Notes under the pieces: generated by a model
The model's database searches: none
Seen by the model: the letters and a program-made list of their open reading frames with translations, nothing else
Told to the model about the DNA's origin: nothing
Sequence record: DRR378314_377
Reading direction: 5' to 3' (one strand)
Length of the DNA stretch: 36,985 bases
Position numbers and translations under genes: made by a program
Shown: one piece after another, positions 27,945 through 36,968 of the stretch
How positions within the stretch are numbered: the stretch's first letter is position 1
Layout: every line of letters starts with the position of its first letter

Positions 27945-28956
27945 AAATTCTAGCGGTTATTCGGTTGAGGCTGAAGTCCCGGTCATTAGTCTGGTTATAC
28001 CGATATATAATGAGAGAGAGGTACTGCCAGTTTGTCTGCCTCGCCTTGATAAAGTAATGCGTGAGGTCGGCTTTTTTTTCGAAGCCATCTTCGTGGATGA
28101 CGGTAGCAAGGATGATGGTTATGAGTACCTGGTTGAGCAGTCCCGTCGATATTCCTGGATCAGGCTGGTGCGCCTCAGTCGAAACTTTGGGAAAGAAGCC
28201 GCATTGACCGCCGGTCTCGACTATGCTGCCGGTGAGGCGGTGGTTATTCTGGACGCGGACTTACAGGACCCTCCTGAGTGTATTCCTAAAATGGTCGAAG
28301 CTTGGCGGGCTGGTGTCGATGTCGTCCTGATGCAACGCCGTACCCGGTGCGGAGAAAGCTGGGTTAAGCGCGCCAGTTCCTATCTGTTTTACCGCCTATT
28401 GAATCGATTGAGTGACTGCGAGATTCCTGCGGATGTGGGTGATTTTCGTTTGATGAGCCGGCGTTGTCTGCAAGCCGTGCTCGAGTTGCCCGAACGAAAC
28501 CGTTACATGAAGGGGTTATTTTCTTGGGTTGGGATGCCTACAGAAGTGATTCAGTATGACCGCGGCGCCAGAGTGGCGGGCAAGACAAAATGGAATTACG
28601 CGGGTTTAATTGGGCTGGCCATGGAAGGCATCACCTCTTTTTCCATCGCGCCTCTTCGGTGGGCTGCGGTAATGGGTGTTTTTAGCGCTATTTTTGGCGG
28701 CGGCTTCGGGTTATGGATTATATTCAAGGCAATGGTGTTTGGTGCGCAGGTGGCCGGGTATCCATCATTGATTGCTTTAATTACCTGCTTGGGCGGTGTG
28801 CAACTTATTACTTTTGGAATACTGGGGGAGTACGTTGGGAAAACCTACCTGGAGGCTAAGCGCCGACCGATCTATTTGGTTCGTGAGGTGTTGAGCGCCG
28901 TCCGCGGAGGGGAAGCGGCTTCGGCGCGTGGAGGTTGTAATGCCAGGGACCATTGA
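27937..28956 (+). CDS. GT2 polyprenol-phosphate glycosyltransferase (GtrB/ArnC-like)
   Basis: Motifs VIPIYNE, VDDGSKD, LSRNFGKEAALTAG, DADLQDPPE, GDFRLM and GEYVGKTYLEAKRRP. Two C-terminal TM segments. Confidence 0.9.
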   Translation: MIKNSSGYSVEAEVPVISLVIPIYNEREVLPVCLPRLDKVMREVGFFFEAIFVDDGSKDDGYEYLVEQSRRYSWIRLVRLSRNFGKEAALTAGLDYAAGEAVVILDADLQDPPECIPKMVEAWRAGVDVVLMQRRTRCGESWVKRASSYLFYRLLNRLSDCEIPADVGDFRLMSRRCLQAVLELPERNRYMKGLFSWVGMPTEVIQYDRGARVAGKTKWNYAGLIGLAMEGITSFSIAPLRWAAVMGVFSAIFGGGFGLWIIFKAMVFGAQVAGYPSLIALITCLGGVQLITFGILGEYVGKTYLEAKRRPIYLVREVLSAVRGGEAASARGGCNARDH

Positions 28957-30448
28957 AAATCGCCGTGACTGGAAGCTGGTGCCTCGCTCGCCAACGGAAA
29001 AGCTGGTGCTCGCACTAATGGTCGTTCTACTCAGTCGTTGGATCTCCATGGCCTTTTTACCCTTTACTGATACCACGGAAGCGCGCTATGCGAATATTGC
29101 CCGGGGCATGGCAATATCGGGGGACTGGATCACTCCCTGGTTTGAGCCGGGCCTGCCATTCTGGGGAAAGCCGCCGCTGTCATTCTGGATTCAGGCCGTG
29201 TCGTATAAGGTTCTCGGCTGGGACGAGTTCGCACTTCGTTTTCCGGCCTGGCTGGCTCAGTTGGGTATGGTGTGGCTGGTTTGGCGTTACGCGTCGAGCC
29301 TGGTAAGTCGTCAAAGTGCCCTTATAACCAGCCTGATATTTGCATCGTCCAGCCTGGCTTACGTACTCGCCGGTGCCGTAATGACGGATCCGTTCCTGGG
29401 CCTGGGAACTACCGCAGGCCTGACCGGCGCAGCTTTGGCCCTGCGTGGTGAAGGCTTGGTCTGGGGCTGGGTTTGCTTTTTGGGTCTGGCCGTGGGGCTG
29501 CTCGCTAAAGGTCCGCTGACCTTTGTTCTGGTCGGCGGCCCGTTATTTTTGTGGTTGCTGTGGACGCACCGCTGGAGCGACCTAAGGCGCTTGCCGGTCG
29601 TTGGCGGCACCATCGTGATGCTATTAATGACGGCGCCATGGTATCTGTTGGCTGAACTGAAGACGCCGGGATTTATCGACTATTTCCTTGTTGGAGAGCA
29701 CATTAAGCGCTTTCTGGATCCAGGTTGGGTTGGGGATATTTATGGAAGCGCCCATGATGAAGTTCGTGGAACTATATGGCTGCTGACCTTGTATGCGACC
29801 CTGCCCTGGTCGCCACTGGCGTTGAGCGGGCTTTTTCTGCTGCTTCGAAATGACGATTGGGGGTTTGGTGCTATACGGCGTGGCCTTAGTGATGACGACA
29901 ACAAGTTATTGTTGCTAGCCGCTTTCATGCCTAGTTTGTTCTTTACTTTTTCGGGAAATATTCTCGCTAGTTACGTACTTCCTGGGCTGCCATTCATGGC
30001 GCTGCTAATGGTGCGCGGTATGCAAAGCTCGGGCGTGACCTCCCGCTGGCTAGACCTATGTTTGTGGCCGTTTGCGCTGTTTGTGCCGACTTTGTCTTTG
30101 GTCGCTGGTGCCTGGATTTACCTGCATCCTGGAAGTATAAAGACGGAAAAGGGGTTGATTGCCTGCTATTATCGGCAGCCGGAGAATGGCGCAGCTCCGC
30201 TCATCTATTTGGATGATGCGCCTTTTTCGGCCCGCTATTACAGTCAGGAAAAAGTCCGAGAAAAGAGTTTGGATTTGATTCTCCGAGAAGTGAAGAATTC
30301 CCCCGGTAGATCGCTATATGTCGCCGTCCAACCGGACGACCTGGATCGTTTTAAGAGGCAGTTGTCCGCACCGTTCGTGAAAATATTCGAGAATCGCCGT
30401 TACGTATTGATGACTCAGAGTGACCGTGCCGTTGTAACGTGCCGGTAA
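28940..30448 (+). CDS. ArnT/PMT-family (GT-C) lipid-linked sugar transferase
   Basis: Motifs DTTEARYA, GDWITP, FWGKPPL and LAKGP, multiple TM segments. GGAGG RBS. Confidence 0.85.
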   Translation: MPGTIENRRDWKLVPRSPTEKLVLALMVVLLSRWISMAFLPFTDTTEARYANIARGMAISGDWITPWFEPGLPFWGKPPLSFWIQAVSYKVLGWDEFALRFPAWLAQLGMVWLVWRYASSLVSRQSALITSLIFASSSLAYVLAGAVMTDPFLGLGTTAGLTGAALALRGEGLVWGWVCFLGLAVGLLAKGPLTFVLVGGPLFLWLLWTHRWSDLRRLPVVGGTIVMLLMTAPWYLLAELKTPGFIDYFLVGEHIKRFLDPGWVGDIYGSAHDEVRGTIWLLTLYATLPWSPLALSGLFLLLRNDDWGFGAIRRGLSDDDNKLLLLAAFMPSLFFTFSGNILASYVLPGLPFMALLMVRGMQSSGVTSRWLDLCLWPFALFVPTLSLVAGAWIYLHPGSIKTEKGLIACYYRQPENGAAPLIYLDDAPFSARYYSQEKVREKSLDLILREVKNSPGRSLYVAVQPDDLDRFKRQLSAPFVKIFENRRYVLMTQSDRAVVTCR

Positions 30449-30518
30449 ACCCAGCGGAGCTAGAAGACGCCGCCAGCTCGTCGGCTTGAGCGGCTGAGCC
30501 ATTCGCAAGGAGAAAACT

Positions 30519-31472
30519 ATGCCGCATGATCATGGAGCCGCACACGTTGAGCCCGATACCGGCGATCGCCGTGTATCCATAGCCATTTGGGCCAATGGTA
30601 TTCTGACCGTGGCTCAAATCGTCGGTGGTATACTTTCGGGAAGCCTCGCGCTGATCGCGGATGCCCTGCATAATTTTTCCGACATGGCCGCCCTGGTGAT
30701 CGCCTTCGCGGCACGCAAGATCTCAAGACGGCCAGCTGACGAACGCATGACTTTCGGATACGGGCGCGTTGAAGTGGTGGCTGCCTTAATTAATTACACT
30801 ACATTGATCTTGATTGGAATTTATCTAATTTACGAAGGCGGTATGCGTATTATCAGCCCGCCCGAAGTGCAGGCGTGGACGGTGGTTGTCCTTGGCTCTA
30901 TCGCGCTGGTCGTGGACGCGCTGACAGCGGTTTTGACTTATTCAATGCAGAAAGGCAGTGTGAATATTCGCGCTTTGTTCCTGCATAATCTTTCGGATGC
31001 ACTTGCCTCTGTTGCCGTAGTCGTCAGCGGCACACTTATTATTCTATATGACATGTGGTGGATAGACCCGGCGATCACGATCGGTATTGCGGTTTATATC
31101 CTTTACTTGTCTTTCGCCGAGATAGGCGGTCCGATTCGCACATTGATGCTTGGAAGTCCACCGGATATCGATAGCAAATCCGTTTTGAGCATGATGCGTG
31201 GTGTAGAGGGCGTCGACGACGTGCATCATGTGCATCTCTGGCAGATGGAGGAGAGTGAGCCAGCTCTCGACTGCCATGTGGTGTTGATGGCAGATGCCTG
31301 GTCACGAATGGAAGACATTAAGAGCCAGATTAAGCGGCGGTTGGAAGACCAGTTTGATATTAGCCATTCCAGTCTGGAGTTCGAGCATGAGCACAGACAG
31401 CATCAAAATGCCGATCTCTATGGCCACGGTCGATCCGAAGATCGCAATGCGGCACAGTTTTCGGGGCCCTAG
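30519..31472 (+). CDS. czcD: Cation diffusion facilitator (CzcD/ZitB, Zn/Co/Cd)
   Basis: Motifs SLALIADALHNFSD, TFGYGR, LFLHNLSD and DVHHVHLW. AAGGAG RBS. Confidence 0.9.
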   Translation: MPHDHGAAHVEPDTGDRRVSIAIWANGILTVAQIVGGILSGSLALIADALHNFSDMAALVIAFAARKISRRPADERMTFGYGRVEVVAALINYTTLILIGIYLIYEGGMRIISPPEVQAWTVVVLGSIALVVDALTAVLTYSMQKGSVNIRALFLHNLSDALASVAVVVSGTLIILYDMWWIDPAITIGIAVYILYLSFAEIGGPIRTLMLGSPPDIDSKSVLSMMRGVEGVDDVHHVHLWQMEESEPALDCHVVLMADAWSRMEDIKSQIKRRLEDQFDISHSSLEFEHEHRQHQNADLYGHGRSEDRNAAQFSGP

Positions 31473-31775
31473 AGGAGCACAGTGGTGTCATTGCCTGGCA
31501 TGCCGTGGCAGGTTGTCTCGAAGCGACTTAGAGCACATGTATGCTATGCTTCGGGAACGGTTTGCGGTTGCTCGCAAGCCCGGTTTGGTTCATGACCTGG
31601 TTGATTTCGAAGGTTAAGAGGACTTGTACGCCATGCATGGAGATTTCAAGATGGACATCGCTCGCTGAATAGATTTTGGCCGTATCGCCGTAGTCGGTGA
31701 CCGGAAATGGATTGAGCTGGGAGCGCCGCGGCTGACATAACGTAGCGGTAACATGCGCATAATGTTGGAGTATTC

Positions 31776-31976
31776 ATGCAAAAAAAGGCGCTTTGTGCGT
31801 TCCTCGTCATTTTCTCGTTGATGTTTTTCACCAGTCTGGCCATGAATCTGTACACTGACCGCGCTGTCTATTTGGCCCCTCTTATTGGGCTCGGCGGGAT
31901 GCTCTGGTCGGTGCTGAGGTTGCGAGGTTGCACTCATGCCGCGGGCTTGAGAATAGGCCGTGACGATACGGAGTGA
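31776..31976 (+). CDS. Small hypothetical membrane protein (2 TM)
   Basis: GGAG RBS at normal spacing and two hydrophobic segments. No recognisable family. Confidence 0.4.
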   Translation: MQKKALCAFLVIFSLMFFTSLAMNLYTDRAVYLAPLIGLGGMLWSVLRLRGCTHAAGLRIGRDDTE

Positions 31977-32035
31977 GCGGGGCCGACAGCGCTCGGCACC
32001 CTCAAGCCATTCTCGCCGAGCCGCGCCGAACGGTG

Positions 32036-32932
32036 CTAGCTCTTAAGCGCCAGAATCCGCCTGGCACCGTTCAGCACAATCACACCCGTGATCGTGCCGA
32101 TAATTAGGTCCGGGTAATTAGATCCGGTCCACGCGACCAAGGCGCCGGCGGTAATGACTCCCATGTTAACGACCACGTCATTGGCGGAGAAGATCCAGCT
32201 CGCTTTCATATGCGCCCCGCCCTCTCGATGTTTGGATATGAGAAGAAGGCAGCTGATATTGGCAATCATTGCGACGAACGCGATAGCCATCATAACCAGC
32301 GATTCAGGTTCACTCCCAAATGCAAAGCGTCTCATCACTTCCGCAAGTACGCCTATGGCTAGAATCAGCTGGAGTACACCAGCAATGTGGGCGGCGCGCA
32401 CTTGCATTTTCACCCCACGCCCAACCGCATAAAGGGCTATTGCGTATACTGCCGCATCGGCAAAATTGTCCAGCGATTCTCCGAGCAGTCCGGTGGATTG
32501 GGCGATCAAGCCGGCAGTCATCTCCACCACGAACAAGAGAGCATTGATGCTCAGCAGCCAACGCAGACTGCCGGATTCCTGCTCCGCGGAGAGGGTCGAA
32601 GATCCGGCGGTCTTGGCGGCTTCGGAATTGATAGCCGTGGTGCTCTGGAGCGAGGCTCCTAGCCCTAGGGTGGTCAGCTTTTCAGTGATAGGGTCAGCCT
32701 CGCCATGATGTATGACCTCCAATCGGCGGTTCGATAGGTCAAAGGTCAGCGCGCGAACCTCTTCAAAGCCGCTCAAAGCCAAGCGGATCATTCGTTCTTC
32801 TGACGGGCAGTCCATCTTGGGCACTGTATAAGTGCTGATCCGTGTTCCTGATGTTGTGCGGCCGCCAGCACCATCGTTGCTCGACTGGGGTGTTGCACTA
32901 CGGCCAGAGGGCCTGTCAACCGATTGGCTCAT
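32036..32932 (-). CDS. Cation transporter: HMA-like N-terminal domain fused to a CDF-type TM domain (CadR-associated)
   Basis: Motifs VPKMDCPSEERMI, STGLLGESLDNFADA and HMKASWIFSAND. Divergent from cadR. Confidence 0.85.
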   Translation of the reverse strand: MSQSVDRPSGRSATPQSSNDGAGGRTTSGTRISTYTVPKMDCPSEERMIRLALSGFEEVRALTFDLSNRRLEVIHHGEADPITEKLTTLGLGASLQSTTAINSEAAKTAGSSTLSAEQESGSLRWLLSINALLFVVEMTAGLIAQSTGLLGESLDNFADAAVYAIALYAVGRGVKMQVRAAHIAGVLQLILAIGVLAEVMRRFAFGSEPESLVMMAIAFVAMIANISCLLLISKHREGGAHMKASWIFSANDVVVNMGVITAGALVAWTGSNYPDLIIGTITGVIVLNGARRILALKS

Positions 32933-32965
32933 GACACGATTCCGATCAGAAAATATAATAAGGCT

Positions 32966-32996
32966 ATTCAAAACCATATAGTCGCTATAAGGTCAA
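32966..32996 (-). promoter_or_regulatory. CadR/MerR-type promoter-operator driving the cation transporter
   Basis: Minus strand TTGACC-19 nt-TTGAAT, with the dyad TATAG-CGA-CTATA in the spacer. Confidence 0.75.
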
Positions 32997-33027
32997 TAGG
33001 GCGAAGGATATCTAGAGGAGAAGTCGA

Positions 33028-33429
33028 ATGCTCATTAGTCAGTTGGCGCGCTCAGTAGGGGTCGACCCTCAGACAATACGATTCTATGAACGGCAAGGTC
33101 TGTTGCCGTCGCCTGATAGGCAGGAAAATGGTTATCGCATTTATACCGACCAACATGCTGAGCAGCTGACCTTCGTTCGTCACTGCAGAATTCTGGACCT
33201 TTCACTGTCTGAGATTTCCGAACTTCAGAAGTGCCAGAGCGACCCACATCAGTCTTGCGCTGTCGTTAACGTCTTGCTGGACGAGCATGTCTCCCGGTTG
33301 CGATCACGGATCATCGCTATGTTGGCGCTCGAGGAACAGCTCATTTCACTAAGAAAGAGTTGCAACGATGACCGCAAGGTTCGAAGTTGCGGAATTCTTT
33401 CTGGAATTAGCGATATTGACTTTCAATGA
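33028..33429 (+). CDS. cadR: Cd(II)/Pb(II)-responsive MerR-family regulator
   Basis: HTH ISQLARSVGVDPQTIRFYERQGLL and three Cys ligands (QSC, KSC, RSCGIL). Confidence 0.85.
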   Translation: MLISQLARSVGVDPQTIRFYERQGLLPSPDRQENGYRIYTDQHAEQLTFVRHCRILDLSLSEISELQKCQSDPHQSCAVVNVLLDEHVSRLRSRIIAMLALEEQLISLRKSCNDDRKVRSCGILSGISDIDFQ

Positions 33430-33550
33430 AGTAGATTCAATCGGCATCATCGATGATTCGGTTGATTAAACAGTGCTGGAGGTCAACAGCATTTGGTCTT
33501 GTGGGAAACATGGATCGACGTCGAAGTCCTTTGGTTGTATATGAAAGTGC

Positions 33551-34471
33551 CTAGCTTCGTGCGATGATCTTGGCCGCAATAGGTGAGGTGATCATTTGAA
33601 TCACGGCAAAAAAAGCGGAGGGGATAGCTATTTCTGATGGCAGGCCCGATGCGGCCACGAAAGCCGCGGCGATGCTGAATTCCTTTTTGCTTACGGTGAA
33701 GAGATATGTAATCACCTCCTTACAATCATTGGTTAGTAGTCGTGAGGTCATCGCTACCAAATAACCGATAAGGTTCAGGCACAAGGCCGCCCCCGCAATG
33801 ACAAAAGCGTACCAGCCGTAGTTGATAATGGTTGCAGCATTTGGCCCGACCACGGCGAGCAGTATCAATAGGTAGATAATTGAGCCGAGGCCCGCGTAAT
33901 GGGAGTCGTACCGTGCGCAAAAGTCTGGGAGCCCCGTACGTGAGCTTACACCCAACACCGTAGGGACAAAGACGATCAATACTAGTTCCAGGATTATGGA
34001 TTCGAGTGGGACTTCCAGTTGTATCCCCGTGAGCCATAGAAACAGGAAGGGAACGATGAACGGAGACAGTACTGTATTGATTGCGTTAAAGACCGCGGCC
34101 AGAGCAACATTGCCCCGCGCTATCAGTACCAAGAGGGGGGACGAGACATCCGTTGGCAGGGTGCCAAGTAAGGTTTGGCCGGCGGCCAGTGGGCCACCTC
34201 CAAAGAAGAAACGACCGGTTACCCAGCCGGCAATCGACATGGGCCCATAGACCAGGCCCAGGGCAAGGAATTGCCTTGACGGCTTACGTACCACCATCCG
34301 TACATCGTGCGCGTCGAAGGTCAGGCTGATGATAAACATCAGAAGCGCCAGTAGTGGCCCGATGCCGGGTTCCAGGAACTGACCGGTTTCCGGGATTGCT
34401 AGCCCTAGCCCAGCTACAACAATGACAAACCACACAAGTTTGGATTCGACAAAAGAAATTAGTTGATTCAT
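33551..34471 (-). CDS. Bile acid:sodium symporter (BASS) family transporter
   Basis: Motifs LLALLMFIISLT, PTDVSSP..ARGNVALA and LSPFIVP. About 9-10 TM segments. Confidence 0.75.
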   Translation of the reverse strand: MNQLISFVESKLVWFVIVVAGLGLAIPETGQFLEPGIGPLLALLMFIISLTFDAHDVRMVVRKPSRQFLALGLVYGPMSIAGWVTGRFFFGGGPLAAGQTLLGTLPTDVSSPLLVLIARGNVALAAVFNAINTVLSPFIVPFLFLWLTGIQLEVPLESIILELVLIVFVPTVLGVSSRTGLPDFCARYDSHYAGLGSIIYLLILLAVVGPNAATIINYGWYAFVIAGAALCLNLIGYLVAMTSRLLTNDCKEVITYLFTVSKKEFSIAAAFVAASGLPSEIAIPSAFFAVIQMITSPIAAKIIARS

Positions 34472-34486
34472 CGTTTGGCTTCCTGC

Positions 34487-35716
34487 CTAAAGCAGCGCGC
34501 TGACGCCCAGCACACCGGCGAAACCCACCGTGTAGGCCACCAGCAGATAGCCGGAGTACTTCAGGTAGCTGCCGAAGGTGAGCGATTCCACCTTGCTCAT
34601 CGCCACCACCCCGGCGGCCGAGCCGATCACCAGCAGCGAGCCGCCCACGCCCACCGCGTAGGTGAGGGTAAGCCATTGTGGCAACGTCATTTCGATGCCG
34701 GAATTCAACAGCGCGGCCGTCAGCGGCACGTTGTCGAACAGCGATGACACCAGCCCCATCACATAGTTGGCGGCCAGCGGCGGCATCACGTCGTACAGGT
34801 GCGGGAAGTAGGCCAGCACGCCCAGCTCTTTCAGCATGCCCACCAGCAGCAGCACGCCGAGGAAAAACAGCAGCGTGTCGAACTCGATCTTGCGGATGTA
34901 CTCCAGGGTGGGTTCGTCACGGTTGAGAAACTGCACCACCATGAACATCAGCGACAGGCCGAACAAAAACATCAATACCGGCGGAATGCCGAACAGAATA
35001 TTGCCGCCGATGGTGGACAGGATGGTAGCGAAGAACAGCCCGGCCACCACCTTGTCGCCGCCGTTGATGTGCACTTCTTTCTTTTCCAGCACCAGCTGCC
35101 CGTTCAGGCCCCGGGACAGCATCAGTGACAGGGACGCCACCGCCAGAAAAGCGGGCAGGCTGAGCAGCAGCAGATGGGGGATTTCCACCTTGTCGGCCAG
35201 GAAGATCATCAGCGTGGTGACGTCGCCGGTGATCAGCGCGGTGCCGCCGGCGTTCACCGAAAACACCACCAGCACCACGTAGCGCAGCAGCTTGTCCGTG
35301 GGCAGGTTCAGATTCAGCAGAATCGCGATGCACACCAGGGTGGCGGTGATGTTGTCGGCCATGGACGAGAAGCAGAACGCGAACAGGCCGGTGAGCAGCA
35401 TCAACTGGCGCTCGCTCATGCGCTCGGGAATCAGCCGGTTGACGATGCCGTCGATGATGCCCTTGCTGGACAGATAGGCGACGAACGTCATCGCCGCCAT
35501 TAAAAACAGCCACAGCGAGGCGATATCCAGCAGGTTGTCGTCCAGGGCGAGCATCAGCGCTTCGCTGGTCTCGCCGGCGGGCGGCGAAATGAAATACAGC
35601 ACCCAGACCAGCGAGCCGAAAAACAGCGTGGTCTTGGCTTTGTCGATATGAACCACGTCTTCCACAACAATGGAGACGAACCCGAGAGCTACGAGACACA
35701 GCAGCACGGCGGACAT
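34487..35716 (-). CDS. nhaD: Na+/H+ antiporter NhaD (IT superfamily)
   Basis: Motifs LFLMAAMTFV, ADNITAT, GDVTTLMI, DNVPLTA and GGSLLVIGSAAGV. Confidence 0.85.
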   Translation of the reverse strand: MSAVLLCLVALGFVSIVVEDVVHIDKAKTTLFFGSLVWVLYFISPPAGETSEALMLALDDNLLDIASLWLFLMAAMTFVAYLSSKGIIDGIVNRLIPERMSERQLMLLTGLFAFCFSSMADNITATLVCIAILLNLNLPTDKLLRYVVLVVFSVNAGGTALITGDVTTLMIFLADKVEIPHLLLLSLPAFLAVASLSLMLSRGLNGQLVLEKKEVHINGGDKVVAGLFFATILSTIGGNILFGIPPVLMFLFGLSLMFMVVQFLNRDEPTLEYIRKIEFDTLLFFLGVLLLVGMLKELGVLAYFPHLYDVMPPLAANYVMGLVSSLFDNVPLTAALLNSGIEMTLPQWLTLTYAVGVGGSLLVIGSAAGVVAMSKVESLTFGSYLKYSGYLLVAYTVGFAGVLGVSALL

Positions 35717-35808
35717 GGCGGACTTCCAGGCAGGACAGGGGAAAAGACGGCGGCGATTCTAACGCCGATACGTCAAGAAAGCGACCTACCTGTTTCGCGG
35801 ATGGCTCT

Positions 35809-36249
35809 TTACTGCTTGCCGGCCACCGCCTCCAGGGGATGGTCGTTTCGGCACAGGCGGTGATCGCCGAGCACCTCGATCACCCCGCAGTGGGCGACAT
35901 CGCCGCCGGCGCACCCTTTGATCATACGGTCCAGTTCGTCACGCAGCGCGCACAGCGCGCCAATGCGGTCGTCCACCGCGTCCCGGTGGCGCCGCGCCAG
36001 TGCATCCACGGCGGCGCAATCGCGGTGCTCCTGGTCCGACAGGGCGAGCAGCTCGCGGATCGCTTCAATGCGGAAGCCCAGCTGCCGGGAGTGGCGAATA
36101 AAATGCAGCCGGTCACGATGGCGCTCGCCGTAGCGCCGCTGGTTGCCGGCACTGCGCGCCGGCTCCGGCATCAGGCCGATCTTTTCGTAGTAGCGGATGG
36201 TCTCCACCTTGCAGTCGGTGGCGCGGCTTAACTCGCCGATTGAAAGCAT
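35809..36249 (-). CDS. MerR-family divalent-metal-responsive regulator (CadR/PbrR/ZntR-like)
   Basis: HTH IGELSRATDCKVETIRYYEKIGLM. Cys at the three divalent-sensor positions (RDC, KGC, AHCGVI). Confidence 0.85.
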   Translation of the reverse strand: MLSIGELSRATDCKVETIRYYEKIGLMPEPARSAGNQRRYGERHRDRLHFIRHSRQLGFRIEAIRELLALSDQEHRDCAAVDALARRHRDAVDDRIGALCALRDELDRMIKGCAGGDVAHCGVIEVLGDHRLCRNDHPLEAVAGKQ

Positions 36250-36267
36250 GCGGCTTCCCTCGTCTAT

Positions 36268-36282
36268 CTGTAGTGACTACAG
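36268..36282. promoter_or_regulatory. MerR (CadR-type) operator, copy 1, upstream of the merR-family gene
   Basis: Dyad CTGTAG-TGA-CTACAG with no adjacent TTGAC -35. Confidence 0.7.
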
Positions 36283-36329
36283 CTATTTAACCGAAATGGC
36301 GAGGTCAGCGAAACCGCCAATCCTGGGCA

Positions 36330-36363
36330 TTGAAATAAGCATCATTTGGTGACATATTTGGTG
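36330..36363 (+). promoter_or_regulatory. Putative vapBC promoter with overlapping direct repeats (autorepression site)
   Basis: TTGAAA-17 nt-CATATT. ATTTGGTG occurs twice, at 36344-51 and 36356-63. Confidence 0.5.
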
Positions 36364-36393
36364 CTAACCTGACACTTGGAGAGGAGCAGCAGG

Positions 36394-36582
36394 ATGCGGA
36401 CCACGATCAATATCGATGACGACTTGCTGGCCGAGGCCCAGCGGCTCACCGGCGTTAAGGAACGTACCCAGATTATCCGTGATGCCCTGGTGGCATTGAT
36501 CGAACGGGAGAGCGCCTTGCGGCTGGCGCGCCTGGGCGGCTCCGAGCCGGATCTGGCGGTGCCCGGGCGCCGCCGGCCATGA
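36394..36582 (+). CDS. vapB: Type II TA antitoxin VapB
   Basis: MRTTINIDDDLL RHH-type N-terminus and RLARLGGSEP. ATGA overlap with vapC. Confidence 0.85.
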   Translation: MRTTINIDDDLLAEAQRLTGVKERTQIIRDALVALIERESALRLARLGGSEPDLAVPGRRRP

Positions 36583-36968
36583 TTCTGGTGGACACGTCGG
36601 TGTGGGTGGACCATCTGCGCGCCGGCGACCGGGAGCTGGCCCGCCTGTTGGAGCGTAACCAGGCGCGGATACACCCCTTCGTGGTCGGCGAGCTGGCCTG
36701 CGGCAACCTGAGCCGCCGCCGCGAGGTGCTGGATTTGCTGCGGGGGTTGCCACCGGTGCCGGTCGCGGACCAGGACGAGGTGTTGTTCCTGATCGAGCGG
36801 CACGGTCTGATGGGGCGGGGTATCGGTTTCATCGACGCGCATCTGCTGGCCGCAACGCTGCTCAGTCACGCCACTTGTCTGTGGACCCGGGACAAGCGGC
36901 TCGCCGAGGTGGCGCGAGACCTGGGCGTGGACGGCGCACCGGGGCCGATGATTCATGATCGGGCTTGA
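36579..36968 (+). CDS. vapC: Type II TA PIN-domain toxin VapC
   Basis: Acidic PIN residues in ILVDTSVW, VVGELACG, IGFIDAHL and WTRDKRL. Confidence 0.9.
   Translation: MILVDTSVWVDHLRAGDRELARLLERNQARIHPFVVGELACGNLSRRREVLDLLRGLPPVPVADQDEVLFLIERHGLMGRGIGFIDAHLLAATLLSHATCLWTRDKRLAEVARDLGVDGAPGPMIHDRA

Noticed and set aside
28072-28079. T8 tract early in the gtrB-like gene (also G7 in czcA near 25109) as phase-variation sites
   Set aside because: The tracts are short, the frames are intact, and one sequence gives no evidence of length variation.
35640-35716. AT-richer codons at the nhaD 5' end suggesting a chimeric gene
   Set aside because: Reduced GC in the first codons is common and no breakpoint is visible.
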